In this document: positions 11,879-22,444 of the stretch, in pieces
How the letters are laid out: each line of letters starts with the position of its first letter
How positions within the stretch are numbered: position 1 is the stretch's first letter
Assembly: GCA_963769935.1 (NCBI GenBank)
Contig: CAVYNY010000017.1
Span: 1-64,000, forward strand
Origin: an uncultured delta proteobacterium
GTDB taxonomy: Bacteria; Desulfobacterota; Desulfobacteria; Desulfobacterales; JAFDCJ01
Reading direction: 5' to 3'
Length of the DNA stretch: 64,000 nt
Program-made: the position numbers and the translations under genes
Notes under the pieces: generated by a model
Database searches by the model: none
What the model saw: only the letters and a program-made list of their open reading frames with translations
Told to the model about the DNA's origin: nothing

Positions 11879-12589
11879 TTATTGGTGATCAATTGTAAAG
11901 GTCCTGCTGAAAAATTCTTCGGCTGAAATCTCGATGGCGTAAGCGGCAATATCAATAGAACCATTCTTGCGGGCATCATCATTACTGCGCATATTGCCGA
12001 TTATATTCACCGGACGTTCGGCATGGGCTTTTAATTTGATATACTGTTTTCTCAATCTACGAATTTCAGCTAAAATTTTTGAAGCAAGATCCGGTCGCCC
12101 GGCACTATCAGCACCCTCATAAGCATTGACCAGAGACTCCAGTTTAATTAGCGGTTTTGCTGAGGCCAGCAGATAAAATTTTTCCTTTCCCTGATTCTCA
12201 TCCAAGCGGAACCAGTTTTCGCCTTCGGGTATGTAGTGCAGGCCATTGACGGTGATTTCGGAACCCGATTGCTTAAGTCGATATGGAAATAACATGTTCA
12301 ATTCACCCTGGGCGCTGTGATAAATGAGGTAAATATGGCAATTGTCGCTCACTTTTAAGAAAAACTTTATCCGGTCACCCGATTTCAAATTGGTATCCTT
12401 CGTAACAGGAATGAACCGGCTATCATCTTCGGCTTTTTTTATAGCACCAAAGGCCCACTGAAAGTTTACGCTCTGATCTTTAGATCCACTATTCTGGGCG
12501 GCCAGGCATTTTTTAGGACTTTCAACTATGACAAGTCCAACCATAACCGCGATTGCAAAAATTACGAATCCCCATCGCTGGAATTTCAT
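11879..12589 (-). CDS. DUF4384-domain exported protein
   Basis: Signal peptide; LKSGDRIKF, HIYLIY, LNMLFP and WFRLDENQGKEKFYLLAS pattern. Confidence 0.75.
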   Translation of the reverse strand: MKFQRWGFVIFAIAVMVGLVIVESPKKCLAAQNSGSKDQSVNFQWAFGAIKKAEDDSRFIPVTKDTNLKSGDRIKFFLKVSDNCHIYLIYHSAQGELNMLFPYRLKQSGSEITVNGLHYIPEGENWFRLDENQGKEKFYLLASAKPLIKLESLVNAYEGADSAGRPDLASKILAEIRRLRKQYIKLKAHAERPVNIIGNMRSNDDARKNGSIDIAAYAIEISAEEFFSRTFTIDHQ

Positions 12590-12641
12590 ATACTGTCCTT
12601 CCGCAGAAATGATTTGAAAAAAATATTTTGCGTATCCATGC

Positions 12642-14519
12642 TTAGAAGTCATTTAAATCCGAATCGGCCAGCGCAGCCAATTGTTCAGATGGTATCGCAC
12701 TATCCCGGCGGGCAATCATATCTGAATCCTCATCTTCAGCCGGATGGCCTGCCATGGCTTCGTCTTCGATAATTTCGTTCTCGTAGCCGGTGGACGGGAT
12801 TGACGCCGGGGCTGATGCATGAAGGCCGGTTTTGCCGATTAAAGCCCCCAGCTCGTCGACGGTTGATTTCATTTGTTCGGCCTGCGCGTTCAGTTCTTCA
12901 GATGCGCCGGCGGATTCTTCGGCCAGGGCGGCATTCTGCTGGGTTACCTTATCCATTTCCAGAACAGCACGGCTGACCTGTTCTATTCCCTGCGCCTGCG
13001 CTTCCGACGCTGCCGTAATCTCACCGACAAGCCCCCCCGCTTTGGCTACGCTGTCGGCCACCTCCTCGAAAGCATCGCAGGTTTCGCTCACCAGACCGGA
13101 GCCGTCTTTGATTTGGCGAACAGTGGCCTCAATGAGTTGGGCGGTATCTTTTGCTGCCGTGGCGGCGCGCATGGCAAGGTTTCGGACCTCGTCGGCCACG
13201 ACGGCAAAGCCTGCTCCGGCTTCGCCGGCCCGGGCTGCTTCAACCGCGGCATTTAAGGCCAGCAGATTGGTCTGGAAGGCTATCTCATCAATCTTTTTGA
13301 CAATATTGTGGGTATCGGCACTGGATTTGGATATGTCATTCATGGAGTTTGTAAGACTTGCCATAACGCCGTTGGCCTTGTCCACCAGCTGGTTGGCGCT
13401 TTGCATAAATTCGTCGGCCTGCCGGGCGTTTTGGGCATTTTGCTTGGTGGCACCGGCCATTTCTTCAAGCGAGGCGGAAGTCTCCTGAATCGAAGCCGCC
13501 TGCTCTGATGCGCCTGCGGCCAGCGATTGGCTGGCGGAGGAAACCTGGCCGGCAACCGAAAGCGTCTGCTCAGCCCCATCCGTGACATGGGCAATGACAT
13601 TTTTCATGCTGCCGAGAATGGTCTTAACCGAAATCACCGCAAAAAGGATCCCAACTATCAAAGCGGTTACCAGGGAAGTCATGATTATTTTGTGGGACAA
13701 TCCGGTCTGATCTTCAAGGTTCCGGGCGCTGAGGTCCCCAAAATGGGTGCAGACCTCCTCCAGGCTATTCTCATTCTGCTCCATGAGGTCTTTGAACTGC
13801 TGCTGGATTGAGACCAGTTGACGGTATTCAGCCAGCGCTTCATGGATGCTGTTGCTTGCGGCTTTTATATCATCGGCTATCGTCCGCAAATCACCGCTGT
13901 TCTCCACCTTGGACGCCCAATCGTCAATGCTCTTTTTTAACCCGGCGCCTGAATCCCCGAGATTCGACCAATTTTTGTCGGAATTTTTGGCAAAATAGGA
14001 ATTGATGGTGCCGATGAAGACGCTGCCTGCCGCAGCCATTTGCTCGGTCCATAGCTGGCCTTTTTTTATATGGTCTTTAAGTTGGATGCAGCCGGTCTGG
14101 ATCTCATTCACTACGACCTTTTTGCCTTCTTCGGCCTGGATGAAATTACCGAAAGACTCCTCGTAATGGGTAAGTCCTTCAACCAGACGGGCAAGATTTT
14201 CATTGGCCCCGGCACCTTCGACATGCTGTTTTAAGGTTGCTACATTTTTAAGGCCCCGGTCCACAAGTTCCCGGGTTTGGCGGGCTGCCTGTTGGCGAAG
14301 ATCGTCCTGGTCGCTGTAAACAGCTATAAAGTACTGATCGGTCCATTCTTTCAAAGCCGAGACGTTCTGCTGCAGGACATTTATGCTGCTATAAAATCTA
14401 GTCATTTCCAGAACACGGCTGAGTCCAAAATATCCTGAAAATCCGACCACCAGCATCAGAACCAAGATGACGCTGATTCCCAAAACGAGTCGCAAGCCCA
14501 ATTTCATGTTGCGGAACAT
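12642..14519 (-). CDS. Methyl-accepting chemotaxis protein
   Basis: Two TM helices around a large helical periplasmic domain; IAFQTNLLALNAAVEAARAGEAGAGFAVVADEVRNLA; GGAGG RBS before ATG 14519. Confidence 0.95.
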   Translation of the reverse strand: MFRNMKLGLRLVLGISVILVLMLVVGFSGYFGLSRVLEMTRFYSSINVLQQNVSALKEWTDQYFIAVYSDQDDLRQQAARQTRELVDRGLKNVATLKQHVEGAGANENLARLVEGLTHYEESFGNFIQAEEGKKVVVNEIQTGCIQLKDHIKKGQLWTEQMAAAGSVFIGTINSYFAKNSDKNWSNLGDSGAGLKKSIDDWASKVENSGDLRTIADDIKAASNSIHEALAEYRQLVSIQQQFKDLMEQNENSLEEVCTHFGDLSARNLEDQTGLSHKIIMTSLVTALIVGILFAVISVKTILGSMKNVIAHVTDGAEQTLSVAGQVSSASQSLAAGASEQAASIQETSASLEEMAGATKQNAQNARQADEFMQSANQLVDKANGVMASLTNSMNDISKSSADTHNIVKKIDEIAFQTNLLALNAAVEAARAGEAGAGFAVVADEVRNLAMRAATAAKDTAQLIEATVRQIKDGSGLVSETCDAFEEVADSVAKAGGLVGEITAASEAQAQGIEQVSRAVLEMDKVTQQNAALAEESAGASEELNAQAEQMKSTVDELGALIGKTGLHASAPASIPSTGYENEIIEDEAMAGHPAEDEDSDMIARRDSAIPSEQLAALADSDLNDF

Positions 14520-14633
14520 ACACTCAACCTCCATCTATCTAACGGCGTTGTAATCCAATTCGGCCTTCGTTTTTTTTTGCTGAAAAAAACGGAGGCCTCC
14601 ATCGGCGGGTGACATCCCAAACCGGTTCAGTTT

Positions 14634-14649
14634 TGCATAAGACGTGCCA
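14634..14649 (-). promoter_or_regulatory. Sigma-54 (-24/-12) promoter of the MCP operon
   Basis: Minus strand TGGCACGTCTTATGCA = TGGCAC-N5-ATGCA with exact GG-N10-GC spacing, about 115 nt upstream of the MCP start. Confidence 0.75.
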
Positions 14650-14907
14650 GTTGGGAGACTTAAATATTTTCAATTATTTTAAAAAATTGTCAGGCAAAAC
14701 CTATTCGCCTTTAAAGGCTTACAGCGCCAATTAGATGACCCGTCAGGATTTTGACTGGCAAATTTATTGAAAAACAAGATGATTCATGAGATAATCCGAC
14801 ATCAGCTGGTTGTTGACCGAAATTTTCAGGCAACGTTCTGCGTGAATCGATTGGATCATGGTCATATTTGAATCTGATGATACCATGGCATACGCGGTGG
14901 CCAAACT

Positions 14908-15537
14908 TTGGCGAATGGGGGCAAAATAAAAATACTTTCAGTATCGGATGTCGTGGATCCGATGCTGCACCGGCATGCCGGCAGGGAGCCCTTCACAGAC
15001 ATCGATGTCATCGTTTCCTGCGGTGATCTGCCGCCGGAATACCTTTCCCTATTGCTCAGTGCCTTTAATGTGCCGCTATACTTTGTGAGCGGCAACCACG
15101 ATATCCGATATAAGGGCAAACTGCCCCAGGGCGGGTTCGACCTGCATGGCAGGTTCGAAAAAATAAAGGGACTGCGATTTCTGGGTCTGGAAGGCTCCCG
15201 CTGGTACAACGGCGGTCTTTATCAGTATACCGAGGCCCAGATGGGTGCCCTCATCCGCAGGCTGCGGCCGACGATCTGGTGGCATAAGGGAATTGATGTC
15301 GTGGTGACGCATGCGCCGCCGCGCTATATTCACGATGCCGAAGATTTGTGTCACCGGGGATTTAAAAGCTTTCGCTGGCTGATTGACAAGTATCATCCGA
15401 ATTATTTTATTCACGGGCACATCCATAAGCACTTTTCCGATCCCGGCGAGAGAGTAACGGTTGTCGATGCCACCAAGGTGGTGAATACATATGGCTATAA
15501 CATTCTGGAAATCGAAGCCGGTCCAAAAGGCGAATGA
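14908..15537 (+). CDS. Calcineurin-like metallophosphoesterase
   Basis: SD, CGDL, GNHD, THAPP and HGHIH motifs. Confidence 0.9.
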   Translation: MANGGKIKILSVSDVVDPMLHRHAGREPFTDIDVIVSCGDLPPEYLSLLLSAFNVPLYFVSGNHDIRYKGKLPQGGFDLHGRFEKIKGLRFLGLEGSRWYNGGLYQYTEAQMGALIRRLRPTIWWHKGIDVVVTHAPPRYIHDAEDLCHRGFKSFRWLIDKYHPNYFIHGHIHKHFSDPGERVTVVDATKVVNTYGYNILEIEAGPKGE

Positions 15538-16633
15538 CCGGGCCAGCGCCGGGCAGCGGAAAAATGATAAATCCGATGTCAAGAGCTTCCGGGATCAGCA
15601 GCAGAAGGAAGCCGCTTTTGACCATCGGGATCGCGGAATTCGGACGGTACCGCTGAACCGGATTGTGGGTAGTGTCGGTCGTTATAAAGATTTTGACAGC
15701 CGGTTCCGATTAAAGCAGACTATCCCTTCGGATAGACTGGAGTGGGTCAGGGCGGCGATGCGGGATGGCCGAACGTTGGGTCCAGTAAAACTTTTTGAAA
15801 TCAAGAATGAATTCTATGTGCTGGATGGAAATCACCGGATTGCTGCAGCCAAAGAGCTCGGGCACGACGAAATTCTGGCGCATATCGAGGAGTTTATTCC
15901 ATCTAAGAATACCCTGCAAAACATCCTGTATCGCGAGCGGGCGGAATTTGCCGACCGCACCCGGCTGCCGGCTGAAATCAACCTGACCGAGATCAATCAA
16001 TACGCCAATCTGCACGATCAGATATCCGAGCATCAGCAGTACCTAAGGCAGGCGCAGGGGGATGCGGTTTCTTTTGAAAGTGCGGCCCTGGACTGGTTTA
16101 AAACCATATATCGCCCGCTTTGTATGATCATCAAACGCAGCCGGCTGATTGACTCCTTACCCGGGCGGACCGTTGACGATCTATTTGCCTACATTACCCT
16201 TCACCAGTGGCGGGATGGACGCAAACGGAATTACGGCATCGGCATCGACAAACTGGTCCCCAAAAATATGGAGGATTTCCGTAAGAAAATGAGCGAGCTA
16301 AAAAATACAGAATATCCTGACATGAAACAGGGCATCAACGTTTTCATATTAATGAACGTTCAGGCCAGAAAAGAGATCAAGCTGATTGACAGGCTGTTTG
16401 AACTGGAGGAAGTCAAAGAAGTCCATTCCGTGCATGGCGATGTGGACGTGCTTGTAAAAGCCGTCCTGACACGCGATCTGCTCACTTCGGATGCTGAAAT
16501 CATCTCTCAGTTCGTGCATGAACGGGTCCGGCAACTGCCGGGCGTCATCAGCACCAAAACCCTGATCCCGGGCATTTCAAAAATCAAGGTTCCCGAAATC
16601 TGCCAGGAGTTTATCATTGCAAAGCCGGATTAA
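15491..16633 (+). CDS. ParB/Sulfiredoxin-like domain + helical DUF4032-like region + C-terminal Lrp/AsnC ligand-binding domain
   Basis: IVGSVGRYKDF and FYVLDGNHRIAAAK (ParB/Srx), SAALDWF, then VFILMNV...EVHSVHGDVDVLVK...GVISTKTLI (AsnC/RAM). Confidence 0.75.
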   Translation: MAITFWKSKPVQKANDRASAGQRKNDKSDVKSFRDQQQKEAAFDHRDRGIRTVPLNRIVGSVGRYKDFDSRFRLKQTIPSDRLEWVRAAMRDGRTLGPVKLFEIKNEFYVLDGNHRIAAAKELGHDEILAHIEEFIPSKNTLQNILYRERAEFADRTRLPAEINLTEINQYANLHDQISEHQQYLRQAQGDAVSFESAALDWFKTIYRPLCMIIKRSRLIDSLPGRTVDDLFAYITLHQWRDGRKRNYGIGIDKLVPKNMEDFRKKMSELKNTEYPDMKQGINVFILMNVQARKEIKLIDRLFELEEVKEVHSVHGDVDVLVKAVLTRDLLTSDAEIISQFVHERVRQLPGVISTKTLIPGISKIKVPEICQEFIIAKPD

Positions 16634-16691
16634 TGGAGTGCTGGAGTATTGGAATTTTTTCCTCACTCCATCACTCCGAGGTTGCCTGAAA

Positions 16692-18203
16692 CTAATCCAT
16701 CCAATCAAAGGTTCGATCTACCGCTTTTTTCCATTCACGATAGTACTTTTCCCTGAGCTTCGGATCCATTTTGGGCTGCCAGGTTTTATCGACCGCCCAG
16801 TTTTTGCGCAGCTCGTCAAGTCCGGCCCAGAAGCCGACCGCCAGCCCGGCGGCATAGGCGGCGCCCAGAGCGGTGGTTTCTGAAACTTCAGGGCGTACGA
16901 CCGGGACTCCCAGAATGTCCGCTTGAAATTGCATCAGCATTTCATTGGCCACCATGCCGCCGTCCACTTTGAGCTTGGTCAGCTGCACGCCGGAATCTTT
17001 GTCCATGGCTTCCACGATATCGCGGGTCTGATAGGCGCTGGCCTCCAGCACGGCGCGTGCGAGATGCCCCTTGTTTACGAAACGGGTCAATCCGGCGATT
17101 ACCCCGCGGGCATCGGAACGCCAGTAAGGAGCAAAGAGGCCGGAAAAGGCGGGAACAAAATAGGCACCCCCGTTGTCGGCGACGCTTTCGGCCAGTTCCT
17201 CTATTTCCGTCGCACTGGAAATTAGGCCGAGGTTGTCTCGCAGCCACTGAACCAGCGCCCCGGTAATGGCGATGGAGCCTTCCAGACAATATATGGGACG
17301 CTCTCCATTGACCTGATAGCCCAGGGTGGTGAGCAGGCCATGCCGGGAGGCCACCGGTGTATGGCCGGTATTCAGCAGCATAAAACAGCCGGTGCCATAG
17401 GTGTTCTTGGCTTCACCCGGGTCAAAGCAGGTTTGGCCCACCAGAGCCGCCTGCTGATCTCCCAGTGCACCGCAAACCGGGATGGCAGCATTAAAGGGGC
17501 CATCGGTCAAAGTTGCGCCCCAGGCCGTGCTGTCGCTGGAGGGTACGATGCGGGGCAGAATTTGGGCTGGTATATTCAACACCTGCAGAATCTCCGGATT
17601 CCACTGCAGCGAATCCAAGTCCATCAGCATGGTGCGGCTGGCGTTGGTCACATCGGTTACATGGGCACCGCCGTTGGGTCCGCCGGTCAGCCACCAGATG
17701 AGCCAGGTCTCCATGGTTCCGAAAAGGGCCTCGCCATTATCGGCCGCCACGCGGGCGGCGCCGACATTATCTAAAATCCACTTGATTTTCGGACCCGAAA
17801 AATAGGTGGCAATGGGAAGACCGGTTTTATCACGAAACCGATTCTGTCCCTGCTCCTGTTCCAACGCCTTGCAGATCGCGGCCGTGCGGGTGCACTGCCA
17901 GACAATGGCGTTCATGAAAGGCTTGCCGGTGTTTTTGTCCCAGACAACGGTGGTTTCGCGCTGGTTGGTGATGCCGATGGCCGCCAGATCCGAGCCGGCA
18001 ATTCCCGTTTTAAAAAGGGCGCCCTGGATGACATCCTGGGTGTTCTGCCAGATTTCCAGGGGATTGTGCTCCACCCAGCCCGGCTGCGGAAAAATCTGTT
18101 GATGCTCTTTTTGTTCCCAGCCGACGATCTGACCGTTGTGGTTGAAAATAATGAAACGGTTGCTGGTCGTGCCCTGATCTAAAGCCCCCACGTATTTGGC
18201 CAT
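16692..18203 (-). CDS. glpK: Glycerol kinase
   Basis: [31 protein letters not shown] and LEGSI motifs. Confidence 0.97.
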   Translation of the reverse strand: MAKYVGALDQGTTSNRFIIFNHNGQIVGWEQKEHQQIFPQPGWVEHNPLEIWQNTQDVIQGALFKTGIAGSDLAAIGITNQRETTVVWDKNTGKPFMNAIVWQCTRTAAICKALEQEQGQNRFRDKTGLPIATYFSGPKIKWILDNVGAARVAADNGEALFGTMETWLIWWLTGGPNGGAHVTDVTNASRTMLMDLDSLQWNPEILQVLNIPAQILPRIVPSSDSTAWGATLTDGPFNAAIPVCGALGDQQAALVGQTCFDPGEAKNTYGTGCFMLLNTGHTPVASRHGLLTTLGYQVNGERPIYCLEGSIAITGALVQWLRDNLGLISSATEIEELAESVADNGGAYFVPAFSGLFAPYWRSDARGVIAGLTRFVNKGHLARAVLEASAYQTRDIVEAMDKDSGVQLTKLKVDGGMVANEMLMQFQADILGVPVVRPEVSETTALGAAYAAGLAVGFWAGLDELRKNWAVDKTWQPKMDPKLREKYYREWKKAVDRTFDWMD

Positions 18204-18551
18204 GGTTTCCTCTTTCTGCTCCGAGATTGAATGTTTCATAAAAGCATACCATATTGATGTTGAAACTGAAACATGCAATCGACTATCTCAATGATGATGC
18301 GCTGGGAATCTAATGGTCGATTAATACCGCAAGGATATTCATAAATGAAAAATAAACCCAAATATGTTATAATTCGAAAAAAAATCAAAAAAAATGTTGA
18401 TATTTGAAAATATTTTATGTCGCAAAATTTTAGGATATGGTATGTAAAATGTTCAGAATTAATAACCATCAAGAACGCAATTCATTTTATTGGTCATAGC
18501 CGTGCCGGCTGGTTTTGAATGGGCATCTGCTGGCAGAAGAATTTTTTTAGA

Positions 18552-20111
18552 ATGAAAATATTGAATACCCAGGTACTTATCATCGGCGGAGGCGTCACCG
18601 GCACCGGTATTGCGCGGGATCTGGCGCTGCGGGGTGTCAAATGCATTCTGGCCGAATACCGCGATATCAACGCGGGAGCCTCCGGCGGCAATCACGGCCT
18701 GCTGCACAGCGGCGCCCGCTACGTGGCCCACGATGCCGCCGCCGCCGCTGAATGCCGCCAAGAAGGTGAACTTCTAAAACGGTTGGCCGGCAATTGTATC
18801 GAGGACACTGGTGGCCTGTATGTGGCCGTGCAGGGCGATGACGAAAACTACGTGGCCGATTTTCCCCATATGTGTGCAACATGCAACATAACCGCCCGGT
18901 CGCTCGATATCAAAGATGCCCGCCGGCTTGAACCGGCTCTCTCCGGCCAATTGATTGCCGCCTATGAGGTTCCTGATGCCGCCATTGACCCCTTTAAGCT
19001 TTCACTGGCAAATATCGGTCATGCCCGCCGCCTGGGCAGCACGTTGCTGCGCAACACCCGGGTGGTCGGCTTCCGGTTGGATGGCAAGCGCGTGGCGGCC
19101 GCCCGGTTGCTCAACATCCTGACCGGAGAGGAGATTACCGTGGAGGCCGAGCAGGTGGTCAACGCCGCCGGCGCCTGGGCCGGCGAGTTGGCTTCGATGG
19201 CCGGAATTTCGCTCGGCATGATTTTTTCCAAAGGGACCATGCTGGTGACGTATAACCGGATCAGCCAGCGGGTTTTGAATCGTTTGCGCCCGCCCTCCGA
19301 TGCGGACATTATCGTACCCGGCGGTACCGTATCCATACTGGGAACAACCTCGGTGACCATTGACTCTCTGGATGACATCCGGCCCACCGTCGCGGAAACG
19401 GATCTGATCGTGAGTCAAGGCGCGCAGATGATTCCGGAACTTGAGACGACGCGATTCATCCGGGCGTATGCCGGTGTTCGTCCCCTGCCCGGCTACCAGG
19501 ATAAATACGAAGGCCGCAAAGTCAGCCGCGGATTTGCCCTATTGGACCACGAGCAGGACGGTGTGGAAAATCTTGCCACCATCACCGGAGGCAAACTAAC
19601 TACGTTCAGATTCATGGCCGAAAAGGTTTCGGATCTTATCTGCCGGCGGCTGAATGTCACGCAGCCATGCCTGACAAGCCTCGAGCCCCTGCCCTCGGAT
19701 GGCAGCAGCCGGTGGACCGAACCGGGCCTGGCACCAAAACTCTGGATGAAACAATCGGATCCGCGTGATCTCCTGTTGTGCGAATGTGAGATGGTCCCCA
19801 AAAGTGCGGTGGACGAAATCGTGGCCGATATTGTCAGGCAAAACGGCCGGGCGAATCTTAAAGCCATCGGCTTGCGCAGCCGGATCGGCAAAGGTCCCTG
19901 TCAGGGGACGTTTTGCAGCGTCCGGGTGGCCGCGCACCTTTACGAAAAAGGGCAACTGGAGGCCAGCGAAGGTCTGGAACAGCTCAAAGAATTTTTGCGT
20001 GCACGTTTCAAAGGCCAGCATGCGATCCTCTGGAACGGTCAACTCATCCAGGCGGAATTGATGGAAGCACTGCATTGCGGATTATTTGGTTTGGAACTTG
20101 CCATTACTTAA
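18552..20111 (+). CDS. glpA: Anaerobic glycerol-3-phosphate dehydrogenase subunit A
   Basis: GGGVTG, NHGLLHSGARY, GGKLTT and C-terminal BFD-like CECE...GPCQGTFC. Confidence 0.95.
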   Translation: MKILNTQVLIIGGGVTGTGIARDLALRGVKCILAEYRDINAGASGGNHGLLHSGARYVAHDAAAAAECRQEGELLKRLAGNCIEDTGGLYVAVQGDDENYVADFPHMCATCNITARSLDIKDARRLEPALSGQLIAAYEVPDAAIDPFKLSLANIGHARRLGSTLLRNTRVVGFRLDGKRVAAARLLNILTGEEITVEAEQVVNAAGAWAGELASMAGISLGMIFSKGTMLVTYNRISQRVLNRLRPPSDADIIVPGGTVSILGTTSVTIDSLDDIRPTVAETDLIVSQGAQMIPELETTRFIRAYAGVRPLPGYQDKYEGRKVSRGFALLDHEQDGVENLATITGGKLTTFRFMAEKVSDLICRRLNVTQPCLTSLEPLPSDGSSRWTEPGLAPKLWMKQSDPRDLLLCECEMVPKSAVDEIVADIVRQNGRANLKAIGLRSRIGKGPCQGTFCSVRVAAHLYEKGQLEASEGLEQLKEFLRARFKGQHAILWNGQLIQAELMEALHCGLFGLELAIT

Positions 20112-20231
20112 ATTGAGCGATCAATTTTCGGAAGAAATTGATGAAACAAAATTCACCCTTGGTGGAATTTCGGTATTCGGATTTCAAATTTAAACCCGGG
20201 CATTCAGTCTTGAAGGCCGAGAATTATAATT

Positions 20232-21515
20232 ATGGGAACTCCTGAAACCACTAGCTCCGAATTAACCATCATCGGGGCCGGCATGGCCGGTATGGCTGCC
20301 GCTCTTTTTGCGGCCAATCGGGGGGTGCCTGTGGTTCAGGTCGGTCGGATCGGCGGCATGACTTTTGCCAGCGGACTTTTGGATTTGATGGGTGTGCATC
20401 CGGTGGCCGAAAACAGAATCTGGCAGGATCCATGGGCGGCGATCGATGCCCTGGTTGCCGATGAGCCCGAACACCCCTTTGCGCGGTTGAATCAGAGAGA
20501 CATCCGCCTGGCTTTCGATGAACTGCTCGGATTTCTTGATGAAGCCGGGCTTTCATATTTCAGGGACGCGCAACGCAACAGTGCCGTCCTGACCCCGGTG
20601 GGAACGATTAAACACACGTATGCCGTACCCGAAACCATGTGGGCCGGTGCCCGGGCGCTGGAAGACAAAATCAAGTGCCTGCTGATCGATTTTGAGGGAA
20701 TGAAAGACTACAGCGCCCGCCAGATCGCGGCTACTTTGAAAGGCGTGTGGCCGGGCCTGCGGGCCGTTCGACTTGCCTTTCCGGAAACCGTGCAGGGGCA
20801 CGAAATTTTTACGGTCCGCATGGCCCAGACGCTGGAACTGGCTCAGAGCAGGAAAAAGCTGGCGCAATCGGTGCACCCTCATGTTAAAGATGCCCTGGCG
20901 GTCGGGATGCCCGCCGTTTTAGGCCTGCGAAGGACCCGCCAAATTCTTGCCGATCTCAAGGGTGAAATCGGCGTCCCGGTATTTGAAATTCCCACCATGC
21001 CGGTTTCAGTTCCCGGCCAGCGCCTCAAGGAAGCCTTTGAAACCGAGCTTCCATCCAAAAGCATTCAGCAATTTCTGCAGCAGGAAGTCCTGGCGGCGAA
21101 ACCTCTGGCCGGCGGCGGCTTTCAACTGGACATCGGCAATCAGGAAATCACCCGTCATATTCGAACCCGGGCTGTCATTCTGGCCAGCGGACGTTTCCTG
21201 GGGCAAGGGCTTTATGCCCGGAGACAGGACATCCGGGAGTCAATCTTTGACCTGCCGGTCTGCCAGCCCGCCGGCCGGAGCGAGTGGCACCGGCCGGATC
21301 TGCTGGACCCCAGGGGACATGCGATCAATCGGGCCGGACTGGAAATCGACGATGCTTTTCATCCCGTGAACGCCGCCGGCCGGCCGGTCTTCAACGATCT
21401 GTATGCCGCCGGAACAATTTTGGCCCACCAGGACTGGATGCGCATGAAATGCGGATCGGGATTGGCTATTGCAACGGCCTACGGTGCGGTCAAGGCTTTT
21501 TTAAATCAAATCTGA
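20232..21515 (+). CDS. glpB: Anaerobic glycerol-3-phosphate dehydrogenase subunit B
   Basis: GAGMAG, FEIPTMPVSVPGQRL, ASGRFLGQGL and MKCGSGLAIATA motifs. Confidence 0.93.
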   Translation: MGTPETTSSELTIIGAGMAGMAAALFAANRGVPVVQVGRIGGMTFASGLLDLMGVHPVAENRIWQDPWAAIDALVADEPEHPFARLNQRDIRLAFDELLGFLDEAGLSYFRDAQRNSAVLTPVGTIKHTYAVPETMWAGARALEDKIKCLLIDFEGMKDYSARQIAATLKGVWPGLRAVRLAFPETVQGHEIFTVRMAQTLELAQSRKKLAQSVHPHVKDALAVGMPAVLGLRRTRQILADLKGEIGVPVFEIPTMPVSVPGQRLKEAFETELPSKSIQQFLQQEVLAAKPLAGGGFQLDIGNQEITRHIRTRAVILASGRFLGQGLYARRQDIRESIFDLPVCQPAGRSEWHRPDLLDPRGHAINRAGLEIDDAFHPVNAAGRPVFNDLYAAGTILAHQDWMRMKCGSGLAIATAYGAVKAFLNQI

Positions 21516-21567
21516 TGATAAATGAACATTCTTCTCGACTTGACACGCATGATAAAGGCGATGATCG

Positions 21568-22419
21568 ATGCCGACAATCAAGAAACAGAGAACTGAGAGT
21601 TCGGATGGATTGTCTCCCGACGAAGCTGAACAAGATGCTCTTTCCTCATCGGCGGCGCTTGCCATGAATCATCGCCAGAAGCAGATCCATGAATCCGTCC
21701 AGATACGAGGCTTTATTTCCATCGAGGATTTGGCCCGGCATTTTCAGGTCACCCCCCAGACGATTCGGCGCGACATTAATAAGCTTAGCGATTACGGGTT
21801 GCTGCAACGACATCACGGCGGTGCGGGCCTGCCCTCCAGTGTGGAAAATTACGCCTATACAACGCGCAAGGTGCTGTGTCTGAGGGAAAAAATCCGGATC
21901 GCCCGACTGCTTGCCCGTTGCATTCCCGACAGGGCATCTTTGTTTATCAATATCGGAACGACGACCGAGGAAGTGGCCAAGGTGCTGCTGAAGAAAAACG
22001 GCCTGCGGATCATCACCAACAACCTGAATGTCGCCGGGATATTAAGCAGCAATGAAGATTTTGAAGTCATCGTGGCCGGCGGGGTGGTGCGCAGCAAAGA
22101 CCGGGGTGTCATAGGCCATGCCACCATTGATTTTATCCAGCAGTTTAAAGTCGATTTCGGCATTATCGGTATCAGCGGGATTGACTTCGACGGTACCCTG
22201 CTGGATTTCGACTATCAGGAGGTGCGGGTCGCTCAGGCGATAATTCAAAATTCCCGCCACGTTTTTCTGGCTGCCGATCACACCAAGATCGGCCGCAACG
22301 CCATGGTGCGTCTGGCGCACATTGGTGAGATTGATGCGCTGTTTACCGACCGGCAGCCGCCGAAAAAATTAAATGCGATAATCGCCGATGCAGGCGTTGC
22401 CGTTCACGTGGCGGAATAA
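21568..22419 (+). CDS. glpR: DeoR-family glycerol-3-phosphate regulon repressor
   Basis: [28 protein letters not shown] and [15 protein letters not shown]. Confidence 0.9.
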   Translation: MPTIKKQRTESSDGLSPDEAEQDALSSSAALAMNHRQKQIHESVQIRGFISIEDLARHFQVTPQTIRRDINKLSDYGLLQRHHGGAGLPSSVENYAYTTRKVLCLREKIRIARLLARCIPDRASLFINIGTTTEEVAKVLLKKNGLRIITNNLNVAGILSSNEDFEVIVAGGVVRSKDRGVIGHATIDFIQQFKVDFGIIGISGIDFDGTLLDFDYQEVRVAQAIIQNSRHVFLAADHTKIGRNAMVRLAHIGEIDALFTDRQPPKKLNAIIADAGVAVHVAE

Positions 22420-22444
22420 AGCATCCTGCATCTAGTATCGAGTT

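Noticed and set aside
15491..16633. Chromosome-partition ParB or defence-system call
   Set aside because: No HTH, no parA, and no nuclease or methyltransferase neighbours.
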